NCBI GenBank assembly: GCA_963774835.1
Contig: CAVZGS010000008.1
Coordinates: forward strand, 2,206-66,205
From: an uncultured Acidobacteriaceae bacterium
GTDB lineage: Bacteria > Acidobacteriota > Terriglobia > Terriglobales > Acidobacteriaceae
DNA length: 64,000 nucleotides
Reading direction: 5' to 3'
Below are positions 33,012-44,363 of this stretch, piece by piece; within the stretch, counting starts at the first letter, position 1, and every line of letters starts with the position of its first letter. Both the position numbers and the translations under genes were made by a program. The notes beneath the pieces are model-generated. The model was not told where the DNA came from. It was given only the letters and a program-made list of their open reading frames with translations, and did no database searches.

Positions 33012-33056
33012 TACGAATTTTTTATGGGATCCGTACGAAAACTTTATGGGTACGAT
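33012..33056. promoter_or_regulatory. 17-bp direct repeat in the divergent GH28/TBDR promoter
   Basis: TACGAATTTTTTATGGG and TACGAAAACTTTATGGG, 22-bp period, followed by a TACGAT -10-like hexamer. Confidence 0.6.
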
Positions 33057-33131
33057 ACGGCCCTTTTATTCGCTGAGTGATGTGATGTGTCTGCTGGCCG
33101 GTGTTTGAACTGGACACAGACTGGACAATCC

Positions 33132-36100
33132 ATGAGCGATAAAATGAACCGTTTTGAAGTGGGCAGTGAATGTGTACGTGCAGCGTGGCGGGTGATGGCG
33201 CTTACGATTCTTGTGGTCGCAGTGCTGGTGCATGGGACCGCATTTGGGCAGTCGACGTTTGGAAGTGTGCGAGGAGTGGTGCAGGACGATACGGGGGCGA
33301 TCCTTCCCGATGCGCAGGTGACTCTGCACTCTCTTGATGAGAATACGGACCGAATGGTTAAGACGGATTCGGACGGCAGTTTTACGCTGGAGAACGTTAA
33401 GGCCGGGCGGTATACCGTACGGGCCGAGCACGGTGGGTTCAGCGAAACGGAGATCAACGGAGTGACGGTAGCGGCGCGGCAGGACGTGCGGCTGACGGCG
33501 GTACTGAAGGTGGCGGCGCAGAGTTCGACGGTCGAGGTGAACGCAAACGCGGACCAGATCAACAGCGAGAATGCTGCGATCAGCGATTCGAAGGACAACA
33601 TTGCGATGACGCAGCTGCCACTGAATAACCGGGCGACGACGACGAGTCCGCTGGGTGCACTGGGGCTGTCGCCGAATGTGCAGCAGGATAGCCAGGGAAA
33701 TATTGCGCTGGGCGGAGCGAGTTCCGCGATGGTGAATTTCTCGGTGGACGGGATCTCGACGGCGAATGTGAGGCAGAATGGCGCGCTGCAGGATGCATAT
33801 CCGTCGCAGGAGGGGATCTCGGGAGTGAAGGTGACGGCGTTCAACAATAGCGCGGAGTTTTCTCAGGTGGGCGATGTCACGTTCACGACCAAGAACGGGA
33901 CGAACAAGTTTCATGGGAGCTTGTTTGAGTATCTGCAGAACCAGGCGCTGGATGCGAGTCCGTATGGGTTTGTGGGGAAGGCGCCGAAGAAGTTCAATAC
34001 GTTTGGCGGGTCGCTGAGCGGGCCGCTGAGCATACCGCACGTGTACAGCGGGCATGACCGGACATTTTTCTTTGTGGACTATGAGGGGAACCGGCGGACG
34101 ACGGCGGTGGCGGAGCAGTTTCTGGTGCCGACGCAGGCTGAGCGTAATGGCGACCTGAGCGGACTGGGGACGGACATCGTGATTCCGCAGGCAAGTATTA
34201 CTCCGACGGCGAAGGCGTTGTTGAGCTACTATCCGCTGCCGAATGTGGCGGGGCAGAGCAGCTACAACTATGAGAACTTTCAGTCGACGCCGGCGCGGAC
34301 GGACGGTGCGGACATTCGTTTGGACCAGACGATCAACTCGAAGCAGTCGGTGTATGCGCGGTTCAGCCGGAAGAACATTACGTCGGACTATGCGAACCCG
34401 CTGCTGCCGAACGACACGGACAGCATTCACAACCGGAGTCTGCTGGCTTCGCACACGTATACGATCACGGCAAAGCTGCTGAATGAATTTCGGTTCGGGT
34501 TTACGAATGTGACTACGAGTGTCGGGTTTCCGATAGAGGGTGCGGCCGCGCTGCAGCAGTTAGATCTGCAGGGCGTGGACATCAGTCAGCACCCGACGAC
34601 GCATGCGTTCCCGACGTTCAACTTCAGCTCGGGGACCGGCTTTACGCCGATTGGGCGGGACAAGACGGGTGTGACGCAGTCGGAGACTATGCAGTTCAGC
34701 GACAACGTGACGTATACGCTGGGCAAGCACACGCTGAAGGCCGGGCTCGATGCGCGGCGGGTGCGGTACTTCGATGTGGAGCTGTTCCTGCCGTCGGATG
34801 ACTTTGGATCGTTCACGTTTCAGCCGACGTTTACGGGGAACGCGTTTGGAGATCTTCTGGAGGGTACGCCGACGACGATCTTCTTTGCGGTATCGAGCCC
34901 GGACGTTGGCGGAACGGCGGTGCAGTGGAGTCTTTTTGCGCAGGACGAATTTCAGGTCAACAGCCGGTTGACGCTGAGCTATGGGCTGCGGTGGCAGATA
35001 CTGCCGGGGTTCCATGAAGACGGGGGAAATCTGGCGAACTTCGACCAGAGGAACAATTCGATTGTGGTGCCAGACGAGTTGGCTGGTTATCTGGCGAGCA
35101 ATAACCTCGGCTCTTCAAACCTGGCGTTTCAGCAGTCGTTCAATGCGTGCAACCTGAACCACACGGCGCTGCCTTGCACGAAGTATGTGACGGCGAGCCA
35201 GGACGGGCTGCCGCAGAGTCTCCGGAATAGCTATAAAGGGAACTTCCAGCCGCGCGTGTCGGTGGCGTATCGGCCGTTCAACGATACGAAGACTGTGGTG
35301 CGGGCGGGGTTTGGGATATATACGATGACGAACCTGGGGCCGCTGTCGTTCAATAATAGCGGCAATCCTACGTCGAACCTGCATACGTATTCGAACGCGA
35401 ACGTGACGGACGGGAGTGGGACGCATCCTCTGATTCAGTTTCCGCAGACTGCGCCGCCGGTGGTCGGGGTGCAGTATGGCGGGGGCGGGTCTGGACCAGG
35501 GTGTGGATCCGAACTATCGCGATCCGCAGTCGAACCAGTGGAGTGTGACGGTGGAGCGGCAGGTCGGCGCTTCGACGTCGCTGCGCGCGAGCTATGTGGG
35601 GATGCATACGTATTGGTTAAGTGTGACGGAGGACCTGAACCAGATTGCGGCGAGTGCGACCCCGTATGCGACGACGGCGGCGAGTCCGTACGTCGATCCG
35701 CGGGCGTCTTATCCGAACTGGACGACGCTTTACAGCACGTTCAATGCGGGGAAGGCGAATTACGGCGCGATCGAGTTGGAGGCGACGCAGCGGATGGCGC
35801 ACGGGCTTACGTTCGACGCGAACTATACGATGGCGAAGAACGAGGCGGACAACCAGGGCGACGCGCCTAGCAGCTTTGCAGGTGAGGTGAACTACGGGAT
35901 CCCGATTGCCGACCGGTTCCATGTGTCGCAAGACTACGGGAACGTGGAGGGGACACGGCGCAACCGTATGCTGCTGACGGGCGTGTATCAGCTGCCGTTT
36001 GGTGTGGGGCGGTCGTTTATGACGGGCGGCGGATGGAAGGACAAGGTGCTGGGCGGCTGGGACCTGACGAACGTCACGTTGCTGGAGACGGGTCCGTGGG

Positions 36101-36591
36101 AGACGCCGAGTATCAGTGCGGGCGGGTGCCAGGTGGCGTCGAATCCGGACGGTTCGTGCCCGACGCTAAATGGACAGCCGCAGACGAACGACCAGTCCAA
36201 TACGAATGTGGCGAACCGTGGGGCGATTCTGAGGCCTGATGCGGTGTCGACGCACTACTATGCGGGGCAGTCGCGGGCGCAGTACTTCAACCTTGCGGCC
36301 TTCTCTGCGACCCCGGTTGGAGCGGGGCGATTTGGGAACGCCGGCGTTGGAGTATTGCAGGGACCGGGGACTGCGGCAGTCAGTATGGGACTAGCGAAGA
36401 CCTTCGCGATTACGGAGAAGGTGCATGGGCGGTTTGAGTCGACGTTTACGAATGTGCTGAACCACACGAACTTTGCTCCGCCGGCAACGGTGGTGGACAG
36501 TCCGTCGACGTTTGGGGCATTGACTGCGCCTCAGATAGCGGAGAACGCGGGGAACAGGACGGGACAGTTGGCGCTGCGGTTGGATTTCTAG
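33132..36591 (+). CDS. TonB-dependent receptor with carboxypeptidase regulatory-like domain (frameshift near 35480)
   Basis: Signal peptide, LPLN-R plug, KNGTNKFHGSLFEY, C-terminal QLALRLDF. Confidence 0.9.
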
Positions 36592-36622
36592 CGGAGGCGC
36601 ATTTGGGTGGTCAACAATGCGA

Positions 36623-36657
36623 CGGCGGTGGAGCGATTGCTCTGCCGCCATTTTTTT
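36623..36657 (+). terminator. Rho-independent terminator
   Basis: GGCGGTGGAGC-gatt-GCTCTGCCGCC plus T-tract. Confidence 0.75.
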
Positions 36658-36668
36658 GGTGAATCGAG

Positions 36669-37130
36669 CTAGAGAGCGGTTGCGGCGTTGCTGTGGAGCT
36701 CTTCGAGCCAGAAAGCGAGATCGAGTTTTCTGGAGGTGAGGTCGCGGGTGGTGACGAGGCCGAGGATGGCGTCCTGGATATCGGAGGAGAGTTCGGCGAA
36801 GGCGTAGCCGGTGCGGGTGCGGGTGATGGTGTCGAGCTCGTCGAGGCCGAGCTGGTAGTCGAAGGCGAGAGGGCGCTGCGAGGCGAAGGGGAAGGCTTCG
36901 CTGGTGCCGGTGGCGAGGGCGGCGTCGAGGTGGGCCGCGATGTCCCTTGGAGTGTGGCGCACGAGGATGCGGCTGGCGATGGCTTGCAGGGTTGTGAACT
37001 GGGAGGGGCTCAGGTTCTGGGCGACGTAGACGGTGCCGGTGTCGATAAGTTGCTGAAGGCGAAGGCTGGGAGTGGGTTCGGTGACAGGTCGCGACGGGGT
37101 GAAATTTTGCTGCGGAGCACCTATGGCCAC
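36669..37130 (-). CDS. Gluconate 2-dehydrogenase subunit 3-like protein
   Basis: TLQAIASRIL...YQLGLDELD...FAELSSDIQDAIL pattern. Confidence 0.55.
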   Translation of the reverse strand: MAIGAPQQNFTPSRPVTEPTPSLRLQQLIDTGTVYVAQNLSPSQFTTLQAIASRILVRHTPRDIAAHLDAALATGTSEAFPFASQRPLAFDYQLGLDELDTITRTRTGYAFAELSSDIQDAILGLVTTRDLTSRKLDLAFWLEELHSNAATAL

Positions 37131-37347
37131 GATACGACTCTCCCTGATGTTTCTGGACTGCGGCTTACGTTCGTGTGCTTATTGGACGATGAAAAGGGGA
37201 GGAAAAGTTTCCCTTCCAAGGACTTGGTTCTCCCCCAAAGGTGGTATGTCGGTTTGGTCGAGTTTGTGGGGTTTGTGGATAACAGGGCACTTATCTCTGG
37301 CTGCGGTAAGAATAGGAGGACGTGGACGTTTTTTGAGGGAGAGTGCG

Positions 37348-37801
37348 ATGACGGTGGGGTATGAGGACGCGGTACGGATCAAGGTGATGAAGCTGGATGT
37401 GGGCGCGCAGTTGCCGCGGTATGCGCATGTCGGGCCGTTTGGTGATTTGGCGGCGGAGCTTTATGCGGTCGGCGGAGTGACGCTGGATGCCGGGGCGACG
37501 ATGCCGGTGGCGACTGGCGTGGCGATGGAGTTTCCAGCGACGCATGGAGCGCTGGTGGAGGAGCCGGTCGGGGCTGGCGGTGCGCGGAGTGACGACACTT
37601 GCGGGGGTAATCGATCCGGGGTATCGCGGGGAGCTCAAGGTGGTGATGACGAACCTGAGCGCGGCGACGGTGGAGATCAAGGCAGGGGACAGGATTGCGC
37701 AGCTGAGGATCGTGCGGCGGATTGAGGCGGAGTTTGAAGAGGTGGGTGAGTTGGAGGAGGCCGCGCGCGGGGCGGCGGGGTTTGGGAGTACGGGGCGCTG
37801 A
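37348..37801 (+). CDS. dut: dUTP diphosphatase (frameshift near 37562)
   Basis: RSGLA, GVIDPGYRGE, GDRIAQL, RGAAGFGSTG. Confidence 0.9.
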
Positions 37802-37865
37802 TCGCGGTTCGAATTGCACGGCGTATGCTCTGCCTACGGATTCTTTTGGGGGACGAGGTGGAGCT

Positions 37866-38776
37866 ATGAGTGGAGTTGCCGGGGATGAGACGCCGTGGCC
37901 TGCGCTGCCGTGGAACGAGTGGGCGGACACAGCCGTTACGCTGCATCTGTGGACGCAGATTGTGGGGAAGACCCGGCTCGCGCTTACTCCGCTGCAGAAC
38001 CACTGGTGGAACGTTCCGCTGTATGTGACAGCGCACGGGTTGGGGACGTCCGCGATGGTGTGCGGGAACGATGTGCTGGATATCGAGTTTGATTTTGTGG
38101 CACATGTGCTGCATCTGCGGCTGGGGTCGGGCGTCGATAGGGTGATGAAGTTGAGGCCGCAGACGGTGGCGGATTTTTACCGTGAGTATCTGGAGTGCCT
38201 GCGGGCGCTTGGGGTGTCGGTGGAGATCTGGCCGATGCCGGTGGAGGTGGCGAATCCGGTCCGGTTTGATCTAGATACAGAGCATAAGTCGTACGACCCG
38301 GAGTATGCTCACCGGTTCTGGCAGGTGCTGGTGCATGCGGAGAAGGTGTTTCGTGCGATGGGGGACGGGGTTTCTGGGCAAGGTGAGTCCGGTGCACTTC
38401 TTCTGGGGAAGCTTTGACCTGGCGGTGACGCGGTTCTCCGGGAGGCCTGCGCCGCCGTCGGCCAGGTGCGGACATGATTCAGCGCGAGGCGTATTCCCAT
38501 GAGGTGATTTCTGCGGGGTTCTGGCCGGGGAACGGGGGTTATGGGGCGGCGTCGTTCTATTGCTATGCGGCCCCGGTGCCGGAGGGGTTGGCGGAGGCGA
38601 AGGTGCGGCCTGCGAGCGCGGGGTGGGACAAAGGGTTGGGGGAGTTCATCTTCAAGTACGACGCAGTGCTGGCGGAGGCTTCGCCTGAAAAGGCAGTGAT
38701 GGACTTTGTGGAGAGCGCGTATTCGGCGGCGGCGGACGCGGCGAAGTGGGACAGGGCGGCGCTGGAGCGGCGGTGA
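37866..38776 (+). CDS. DUF5996-like protein (frameshifts)
   Basis: LHLWTQIVGK, NHWWNV, SPVHFFWGSFDLAVTRFSG, EAYSHEVISAGFWPG. Confidence 0.8.
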
Positions 38777-38831
38777 GGGCTCCAGAGGTCGCGGAGGGCC
38801 GCTTTGCGTGCGACAATCTTAGTAGCGAGCC

Positions 38832-41375
38832 ATGCCCAACACGCAAGTTCAGCCCCTAGCTCAGACCTCCGCCCAGACCCCTACGCCAGCTACGATTACC
38901 CCGGCGCTGCTCAAGCAGCACAGTATTACTGCGGACGAATATGCGCGGATCGAAGCGGCGCTTGGACGGACGCCCTCGCTGACTGAGTTGGGGATTTTTT
39001 CGGTGATGTGGTCGGAGCATTGTTCGTATAAATCTTCGCGGGTGCATCTGAAGCGGCTTCCGACGCGTGGCGAGAGAAAGACTGGCCCTGGTAGCGTGGT
39101 GCAGGGGCCGGGTGAGAATGCAGGGATCATCGATGTGGGCGATGGGTGGGCCTGTGCGTTCAAGATTGAGTCGCATAATCATCCGAGCTATATCGAGCCT
39201 TATCAGGGTGCGGCGACGGGTGTGGGTGGGATTCTAAGAGATATTTTTACGATGAACGCGCGGCCGCTGGCGGTGATGGATTCGTTGCGGTTTGGGCCGC
39301 TCGATGAAGCGGAGCCGGATGTTACGCTGCGGCGTAGGAACCATCAGATTGCGACTGGTGTGGTGCATGGTGTGGCCGGATATGGGAACTGCTTTGGCGT
39401 GCCGAACCTTGGTGGGGAGACGCGGTTTGAGCCATGTTACTCAGGCAATCCGCTGCTGAATGCGTTTGCGCTGGGACTGGTGCGGAAGGACGAGATCTTT
39501 TACGCGAAGGCGGTGGGGGTTGGGAATCCCGTGATTTATGTTGGCGCGAAGACTGGGCGCGATGGGATCCATGGGGCCACGATGGCGAGCGAGGAGTTTA
39601 CTGAGGGCTCGGAGCAGAAGCGGCCGAATGTGCAGATGGGCGATCCGTTTATGGAGAAGCTGCTGCTGGAGGCTTGTCTGGAGGCGATGGCTACTGGCGC
39701 CGTGCTGGGGATCCAGGACATGGGTGCGGCGGGGCTGACTTGTTCGACTTGTGAGATGGGTGCGCGGGGCGGGCTGGGGCTGACGGTGGAGCTTGAACGT
39801 GTGCCGCAACGCGAGACGGGCATGACGAGCTACGAGATCATGCTGTCGGAGTCGCAGGAGCGGATGCTGCTGGTCGCCGATAAGGAGCGCGCTGTTGAGG
39901 TGCTGGATGTGTTTTCGAAGTGGGGGCTGGACGCGTCGATCGTTGGTGAGGTGACGGAGAAGCCCCACATGGTGATCACGCAGAGGGGAGTGCTGGTTGC
40001 GGACATTCCGAACCAGGCGCTGACGGACGATGCTCCGCTTTATCACCGGCCTGTGGGGACTTGGAAGGCGCCGGTGCCGCTTGATCCTCCTGCTTGGGTG
40101 TTGGAGGAGTTGAAGAAGCCGCGGGACTACACGGCGGACCTGAAGAAGCTGCTGGCGAGTGCGAATATCTGCGATAAGCGGTGGGTGTTTGAGCAGTATG
40201 ACTCGATGGTGCAGACGAATACCGTGCAGGGGCCGGGTGGTGAGGCCGGGGTGATGCGGATCAAGGGGACAGGGAAGAGCTCGGGTGCCGCGCGTCATCC
40301 TGGAGTTCTGGGTACGCTGGCAGGACTGGTGGCGTCTTCGACTCCTAAGGGCGAGGCGACGCTCTCGACTAATAACCACGATGCCGCGAACCCTGTGGTT
40401 GCGCCTGATGCTTCGCACGAGTTTTCGGATACCGTGAAGGGTGATCGTGGGTTGGCGATGGCGCTGGCGGGGAATGGGCGGTGGACTTATCTCGATCCGA
40501 AGCTAGGGGCGATGCATGCTGTGGCGGAGGCGGCGCGGAAGGTCGCTTGTACCGGGGCGACTCCGGTGGCGGCTACGAATTGTTTGAACTTTGGGAATCC
40601 GGAGAAGCCGGAGATTATGGCGCAGCTTTCGCAGGCGATTGATGGGATTGCGGAGGCTTGTAATGCGCTGGGTACGCCGGTTACGGGTGGGAATGTTTCG
40701 CTTTACAACGAGACCAAAGGTGAGGGGATTTATCCGACTCCGGTGCTTGGGGTGGTGGGGATTATTGAAGATGTGACGAAGGCTGTTCCGGCAGCGTTCC
40801 AGAAGACTGGCGATGCTGTCGTGCTTTTGATGGGGTCTTCTTCGATGCCTGAAAGGAAGCCCGCCGACATGCTTCGAGAGCTTGGCTCCAGCGAATTTAC
40901 CAAAAGCAATCTGGGGCAATTGTGGGGCAGACCGCCTGTCCTCGATCTGAGGGATGAGAATGCTCTGCATCGTGTGCTTCGTAGGGGCGCAGAAGAGGGC
41001 CTGTTCCATTCTGCTGCCGATATTTCAGACGGGGGTATGGCGGTAACGCTGGCTAAGTCTTCGTTCCCACATAAGATCGGAGCGGCCCTCTTCCCAGCCG
41101 CTGTAACTGGGAGGTTGAAGCAGACTGCTGATTTGTTCAATGAGCATTCGTCAGCCGTCATCGTAACATGTGACCCGTCTGCGTTTGAGCGTATAGAGAA
41201 GATCACTGAGGAAGAGGTTGGTTCGATCTTCGCTCAGCACATCGGAACCACTGGTGGAGACCGGCTACTTATTCCGTTTGAAGATGGCGAAGTTGATGCA
41301 CCTCTGGCAGAACTTAGAAATGTGTTCTCGACGGCACTTGACTCGCAGCTTGCGGCGGAGGTGGTGACGGCATGA
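38832..41375 (+). CDS. purL: Phosphoribosylformylglycinamidine synthase subunit PurL
   Basis: [42 protein letters not shown]. Confidence 0.97.
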   Translation: MPNTQVQPLAQTSAQTPTPATITPALLKQHSITADEYARIEAALGRTPSLTELGIFSVMWSEHCSYKSSRVHLKRLPTRGERKTGPGSVVQGPGENAGIIDVGDGWACAFKIESHNHPSYIEPYQGAATGVGGILRDIFTMNARPLAVMDSLRFGPLDEAEPDVTLRRRNHQIATGVVHGVAGYGNCFGVPNLGGETRFEPCYSGNPLLNAFALGLVRKDEIFYAKAVGVGNPVIYVGAKTGRDGIHGATMASEEFTEGSEQKRPNVQMGDPFMEKLLLEACLEAMATGAVLGIQDMGAAGLTCSTCEMGARGGLGLTVELERVPQRETGMTSYEIMLSESQERMLLVADKERAVEVLDVFSKWGLDASIVGEVTEKPHMVITQRGVLVADIPNQALTDDAPLYHRPVGTWKAPVPLDPPAWVLEELKKPRDYTADLKKLLASANICDKRWVFEQYDSMVQTNTVQGPGGEAGVMRIKGTGKSSGAARHPGVLGTLAGLVASSTPKGEATLSTNNHDAANPVVAPDASHEFSDTVKGDRGLAMALAGNGRWTYLDPKLGAMHAVAEAARKVACTGATPVAATNCLNFGNPEKPEIMAQLSQAIDGIAEACNALGTPVTGGNVSLYNETKGEGIYPTPVLGVVGIIEDVTKAVPAAFQKTGDAVVLLMGSSSMPERKPADMLRELGSSEFTKSNLGQLWGRPPVLDLRDENALHRVLRRGAEEGLFHSAADISDGGMAVTLAKSSFPHKIGAALFPAAVTGRLKQTADLFNEHSSAVIVTCDPSAFERIEKITEEEVGSIFAQHIGTTGGDRLLIPFEDGEVDAPLAELRNVFSTALDSQLAAEVVTA

Positions 41376-42928
41376 GTGAGAGATTCGTGGCGACCGAGAA
41401 AGAAATGCGGGGATCCTTCGCTACGCTCAGGATGACGGCTTCTGAAGGGGGCGCTGGTGAGAACGTTGGGATTGACGAGGAGGAGGGTACGCCGTTCGAT
41501 AAGCTGCGCGAAGAGTGTGGGGTGATGGCGGTTTATAACCACTCGGATGCGGCGCGGCTGACTTACTGGGGGTTGTATGCGTTGCAGCATCGCGGGCAGG
41601 AGTCGGCGGGGATTGCTAGCGCGGATGGGCAGCAGGTGAACGACATCAAGGGGATGGGGTTGGTGTCGGAGATCTTTACTGATGATGTGCTGGCGCGGCT
41701 GCCGGGGCATATGGCGATCGGGCATACAAGGTACTCGACGACGGGAGATTCGGCGCTGCTGAATGCGCAGCCGATCTCGGTGGAGTCGACGAAGGGGCTG
41801 ATTGCGATTGCGCATAACGGCAATCTGGTAAACCTGGGGACGGCGAAGGAGCGGCTGGAGCGCGATGGGGCGCTGTTTCAGACGACGAGCGATTCGGAGA
41901 TCATCATTCAGTTGATCGCGCACTCGAAGGCGACGACGCTGGTGGACTGCATTGCGGAGTCGTTGGGGCAGGTGGAGGGGGCGTTTTCGATTGTGATGAT
42001 GACGCGGAACCGGATCTTTGCGGCGCGTGATCCGCATGGATTCAGGCCGCTGTCGATGGGGCGGATCGCTGGAGTGGATGGGGTGCCGGACACGTTTGTG
42101 TTTGCGAGTGAGACGTGCGCGTTCGACCTGCTGCATGCGAAGTATGAGCGTGATGTGAAGCCGGGTGAGCTGATTATGGTGTCGGAGGACGGGGTCACGA
42201 GCCGGTACTTCAACACCACGACGGAGCAGGCGAGCTGCGTGTTTGAGCATGTTTACTTTGCGCGGCCGGACTCGAAGATATTTGGGCGGTGGGTGCAGCA
42301 GTCGCGGGAGGAGATGGGGCGGCAGCTGGCAAGAGAGTCGGGTGTAGCGGCGGACCTGGTTGTGCCGGTGCCGGACTCGGGCGTGACGGCGGCGCTGGGG
42401 TATGCGGCGGAGTCGGGGATACCTTTCAACCTCGGACTGATTCGTAATCACTATGTGGGGCGCACGTTTATTCAGCCGGAGCAGCGGGTAAGAGACTTTG
42501 GCGTGAGGATGAAGCTGAATCCGGTGCGGTCGCTGCTTGAGGGGAAGCGGGTTGTGCTGATTGATGATTCGATCATTCGTGGGACGACTTCGCGGAAGAT
42601 CGTGAGGATGGTGCGGGCGGCGGGGGCGACGGAGGTGCATCTGCGGATCTCTTGTCCGCCTACGATTTCGCCTTGTTTTTATGGGGTGGATACGCCGTCG
42701 AAGAAAGATTTGATCGCGGCGAACAAGTCGGTGGCGGAGATCTGCGAGTTTGTTGAGGCGGACTCGCTGGCGTATCTGTCGCTGGTGGGGCTGACGCATG
42801 CCTGTACGAAAGGTGAACCGGCAAATGGCTTGTCGCCGGCGAGCTTCTGTACGGCTTGTTATACGGGAGAGTATCCGACGCAGTGGGTGGACGTGTCGGA
42901 GATCTTGCCTGCGGTCGCGAGTGTCTGA
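41372..42928 (+). CDS. purF: Amidophosphoribosyltransferase
   Basis: [40 protein letters not shown]. Confidence 0.97.
   Translation: MSERFVATEKEMRGSFATLRMTASEGGAGENVGIDEEEGTPFDKLREECGVMAVYNHSDAARLTYWGLYALQHRGQESAGIASADGQQVNDIKGMGLVSEIFTDDVLARLPGHMAIGHTRYSTTGDSALLNAQPISVESTKGLIAIAHNGNLVNLGTAKERLERDGALFQTTSDSEIIIQLIAHSKATTLVDCIAESLGQVEGAFSIVMMTRNRIFAARDPHGFRPLSMGRIAGVDGVPDTFVFASETCAFDLLHAKYERDVKPGELIMVSEDGVTSRYFNTTTEQASCVFEHVYFARPDSKIFGRWVQQSREEMGRQLARESGVAADLVVPVPDSGVTAALGYAAESGIPFNLGLIRNHYVGRTFIQPEQRVRDFGVRMKLNPVRSLLEGKRVVLIDDSIIRGTTSRKIVRMVRAAGATEVHLRISCPPTISPCFYGVDTPSKKDLIAANKSVAEICEFVEADSLAYLSLVGLTHACTKGEPANGLSPASFCTACYTGEYPTQWVDVSEILPAVASV
41402..41436 (+). repeat. Copy of the 3590-3624 repeat inside the purF 5' coding region
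   Basis: 31/35 nt identical to 3590-3624; translated as [12 protein letters not shown]. Confidence 0.8.
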
Positions 42929-42966
42929 GTTGTGCTCGCGGTTGGATGCGGACTGATCGGTGCTGG

Positions 42967-43827
42967 TTAGAGTTTCAGCGTTTGTAAATAGGTGAAGCTC
43001 TGCTCGAGGCTTTGGAGCACGGGCATCTCGGTTTTGTCCTGGTCGAGGAAGGCGTAGCGGATGTCTTGCTCGCGGGCCTGTTTCAGGAGCGCAGGCCAGG
43101 GGATGGAGCCCTTGCCGAGTTCGGTGAAATGTTCCGCAGTGGCGTCGTTGGCGTAGCTGGTGGGGGCGCCGGCGATGCGGTCCTTTAAGTGGAGCAGACG
43201 GACGCGGTCGCGATATTTGCGGAGGAGCGCGGCGGGGTCGATGCCGGCCTGCACGAGCCAGTAGATGTCGACCTCTAGTTTGACCAGGGCGGGGTCGGTG
43301 TTCTGCATGAGCTGGTCGAAGCCGGAGCTGTTGTCCTGGGGGAGGAACTCGTGGCCGTGGCAGAGGAAGGCGAGCTGCATGCCCTGGGCGCGGACGGTAG
43401 CCCCCCATTGGTTGAAGCGGGTGGCGACGGCACGGTAGTCGTCGAGTGAGACTGGTCTGGGATTGGGAAGCATGGTGACGATGTAGCTGACGCCGAGTTG
43501 GCGGGCGTAGTCGAGTCGGTTGTCGAGATCTGCAGCGGACATGTGGGTGGCGGGTGCGGTGAGGCCGGCATCGGCGACTATCTGGCGGAGGGTCCCGGCG
43601 GGTTGAGTGAAGGCGAGCGGGTGGAGTTCTATCTGGGTGAAACCAATTTTGCGGAGGGCGCTAAGGACGCCGGGAAGGTCAGTGGCTGCTTCTTTGCGTA
43701 CGGTGTAGAGCTGGACTCCGTAGAGGAGTTGCGCGTTGGTTGCTGGAGTGGCAGCCAGAAGGCTGCGGGTACATGCGGCGGCGGTGGCAAGGGCGGCGAG
43801 ATGGAGGAGGTCGCGGCGAGTTGGCAT
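42967..43827 (-). CDS. Sugar phosphate isomerase/epimerase (xylose-isomerase-like TIM barrel), Tat signal
   Basis: TRRDLL, GVQLYTVR, EVDIYW, HLKD. Confidence 0.85.
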   Translation of the reverse strand: MPTRRDLLHLAALATAAACTRSLLAATPATNAQLLYGVQLYTVRKEAATDLPGVLSALRKIGFTQIELHPLAFTQPAGTLRQIVADAGLTAPATHMSAADLDNRLDYARQLGVSYIVTMLPNPRPVSLDDYRAVATRFNQWGATVRAQGMQLAFLCHGHEFLPQDNSSGFDQLMQNTDPALVKLEVDIYWLVQAGIDPAALLRKYRDRVRLLHLKDRIAGAPTSYANDATAEHFTELGKGSIPWPALLKQAREQDIRYAFLDQDKTEMPVLQSLEQSFTYLQTLKL

Positions 43828-43868
43828 GATCTCCTGTGGTCCGAGGCCGGCGTTGTCGCGTCGGTGGG

Positions 43869-44363
43869 CTAGATTCGCTCGATATTCATGGCGAGATAGT
43901 CCATTAGCCAGTCTGGTTTGACGCCGTTGTGGCGTGCGAGGGTCGCGAGTTGAGCGTAATGGCGCTGGCCGTGTAGAAGCGCGTGGAAGAACATGGTTTT
44001 GCGTGTAGTCCGAGTGGGGCCAAACGACCGGGTCAAGAATTCGATCGGTTCATCCCACTCGACCTCGCGGGTCAGAAGCTCTTTGAAGATTGCGGATGCG
44101 CGGTCGTGGGTCGCGTAGATGGCTTCGACGGAATCGAAGGGAACCGCGGTGTAGTCGGAGGTCGGAAGGTCGGCGAGACGTTCGGCATAGCGGAGCTCAA
44201 CGGCGACGATGTGCTGCATGAGCTCGCCGACTGTCTTTGCGCCGGCGATATCGCATGAGACGGCGAGCAGCTCTCGGTGCGCGGTCAGCAACTTGCGCCA
44301 GTTTTCGGCGGTCTTTTCGTGCCATGCGAGGACATCTTCGGCGGTGAGGACGGGTTGGGTCAT
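43869..44363 (-). CDS. DinB/YfiT-like four-helix bundle protein
   Basis: HIVAVE, HALLHGQRHYAQ metal motif. Confidence 0.8.
   Translation of the reverse strand: MTQPVLTAEDVLAWHEKTAENWRKLLTAHRELLAVSCDIAGAKTVGELMQHIVAVELRYAERLADLPTSDYTAVPFDSVEAIYATHDRASAIFKELLTREVEWDEPIEFLTRSFGPTRTTRKTMFFHALLHGQRHYAQLATLARHNGVKPDWLMDYLAMNIERI

Noticed and set aside
41234-43408. Long antisense or alternate-frame ORFs (for example 724 aa here, 33066-34454, 6965-8239)
   Set aside because: Arg/Pro-rich shadow ORFs of well-supported genes, expected in high-GC DNA
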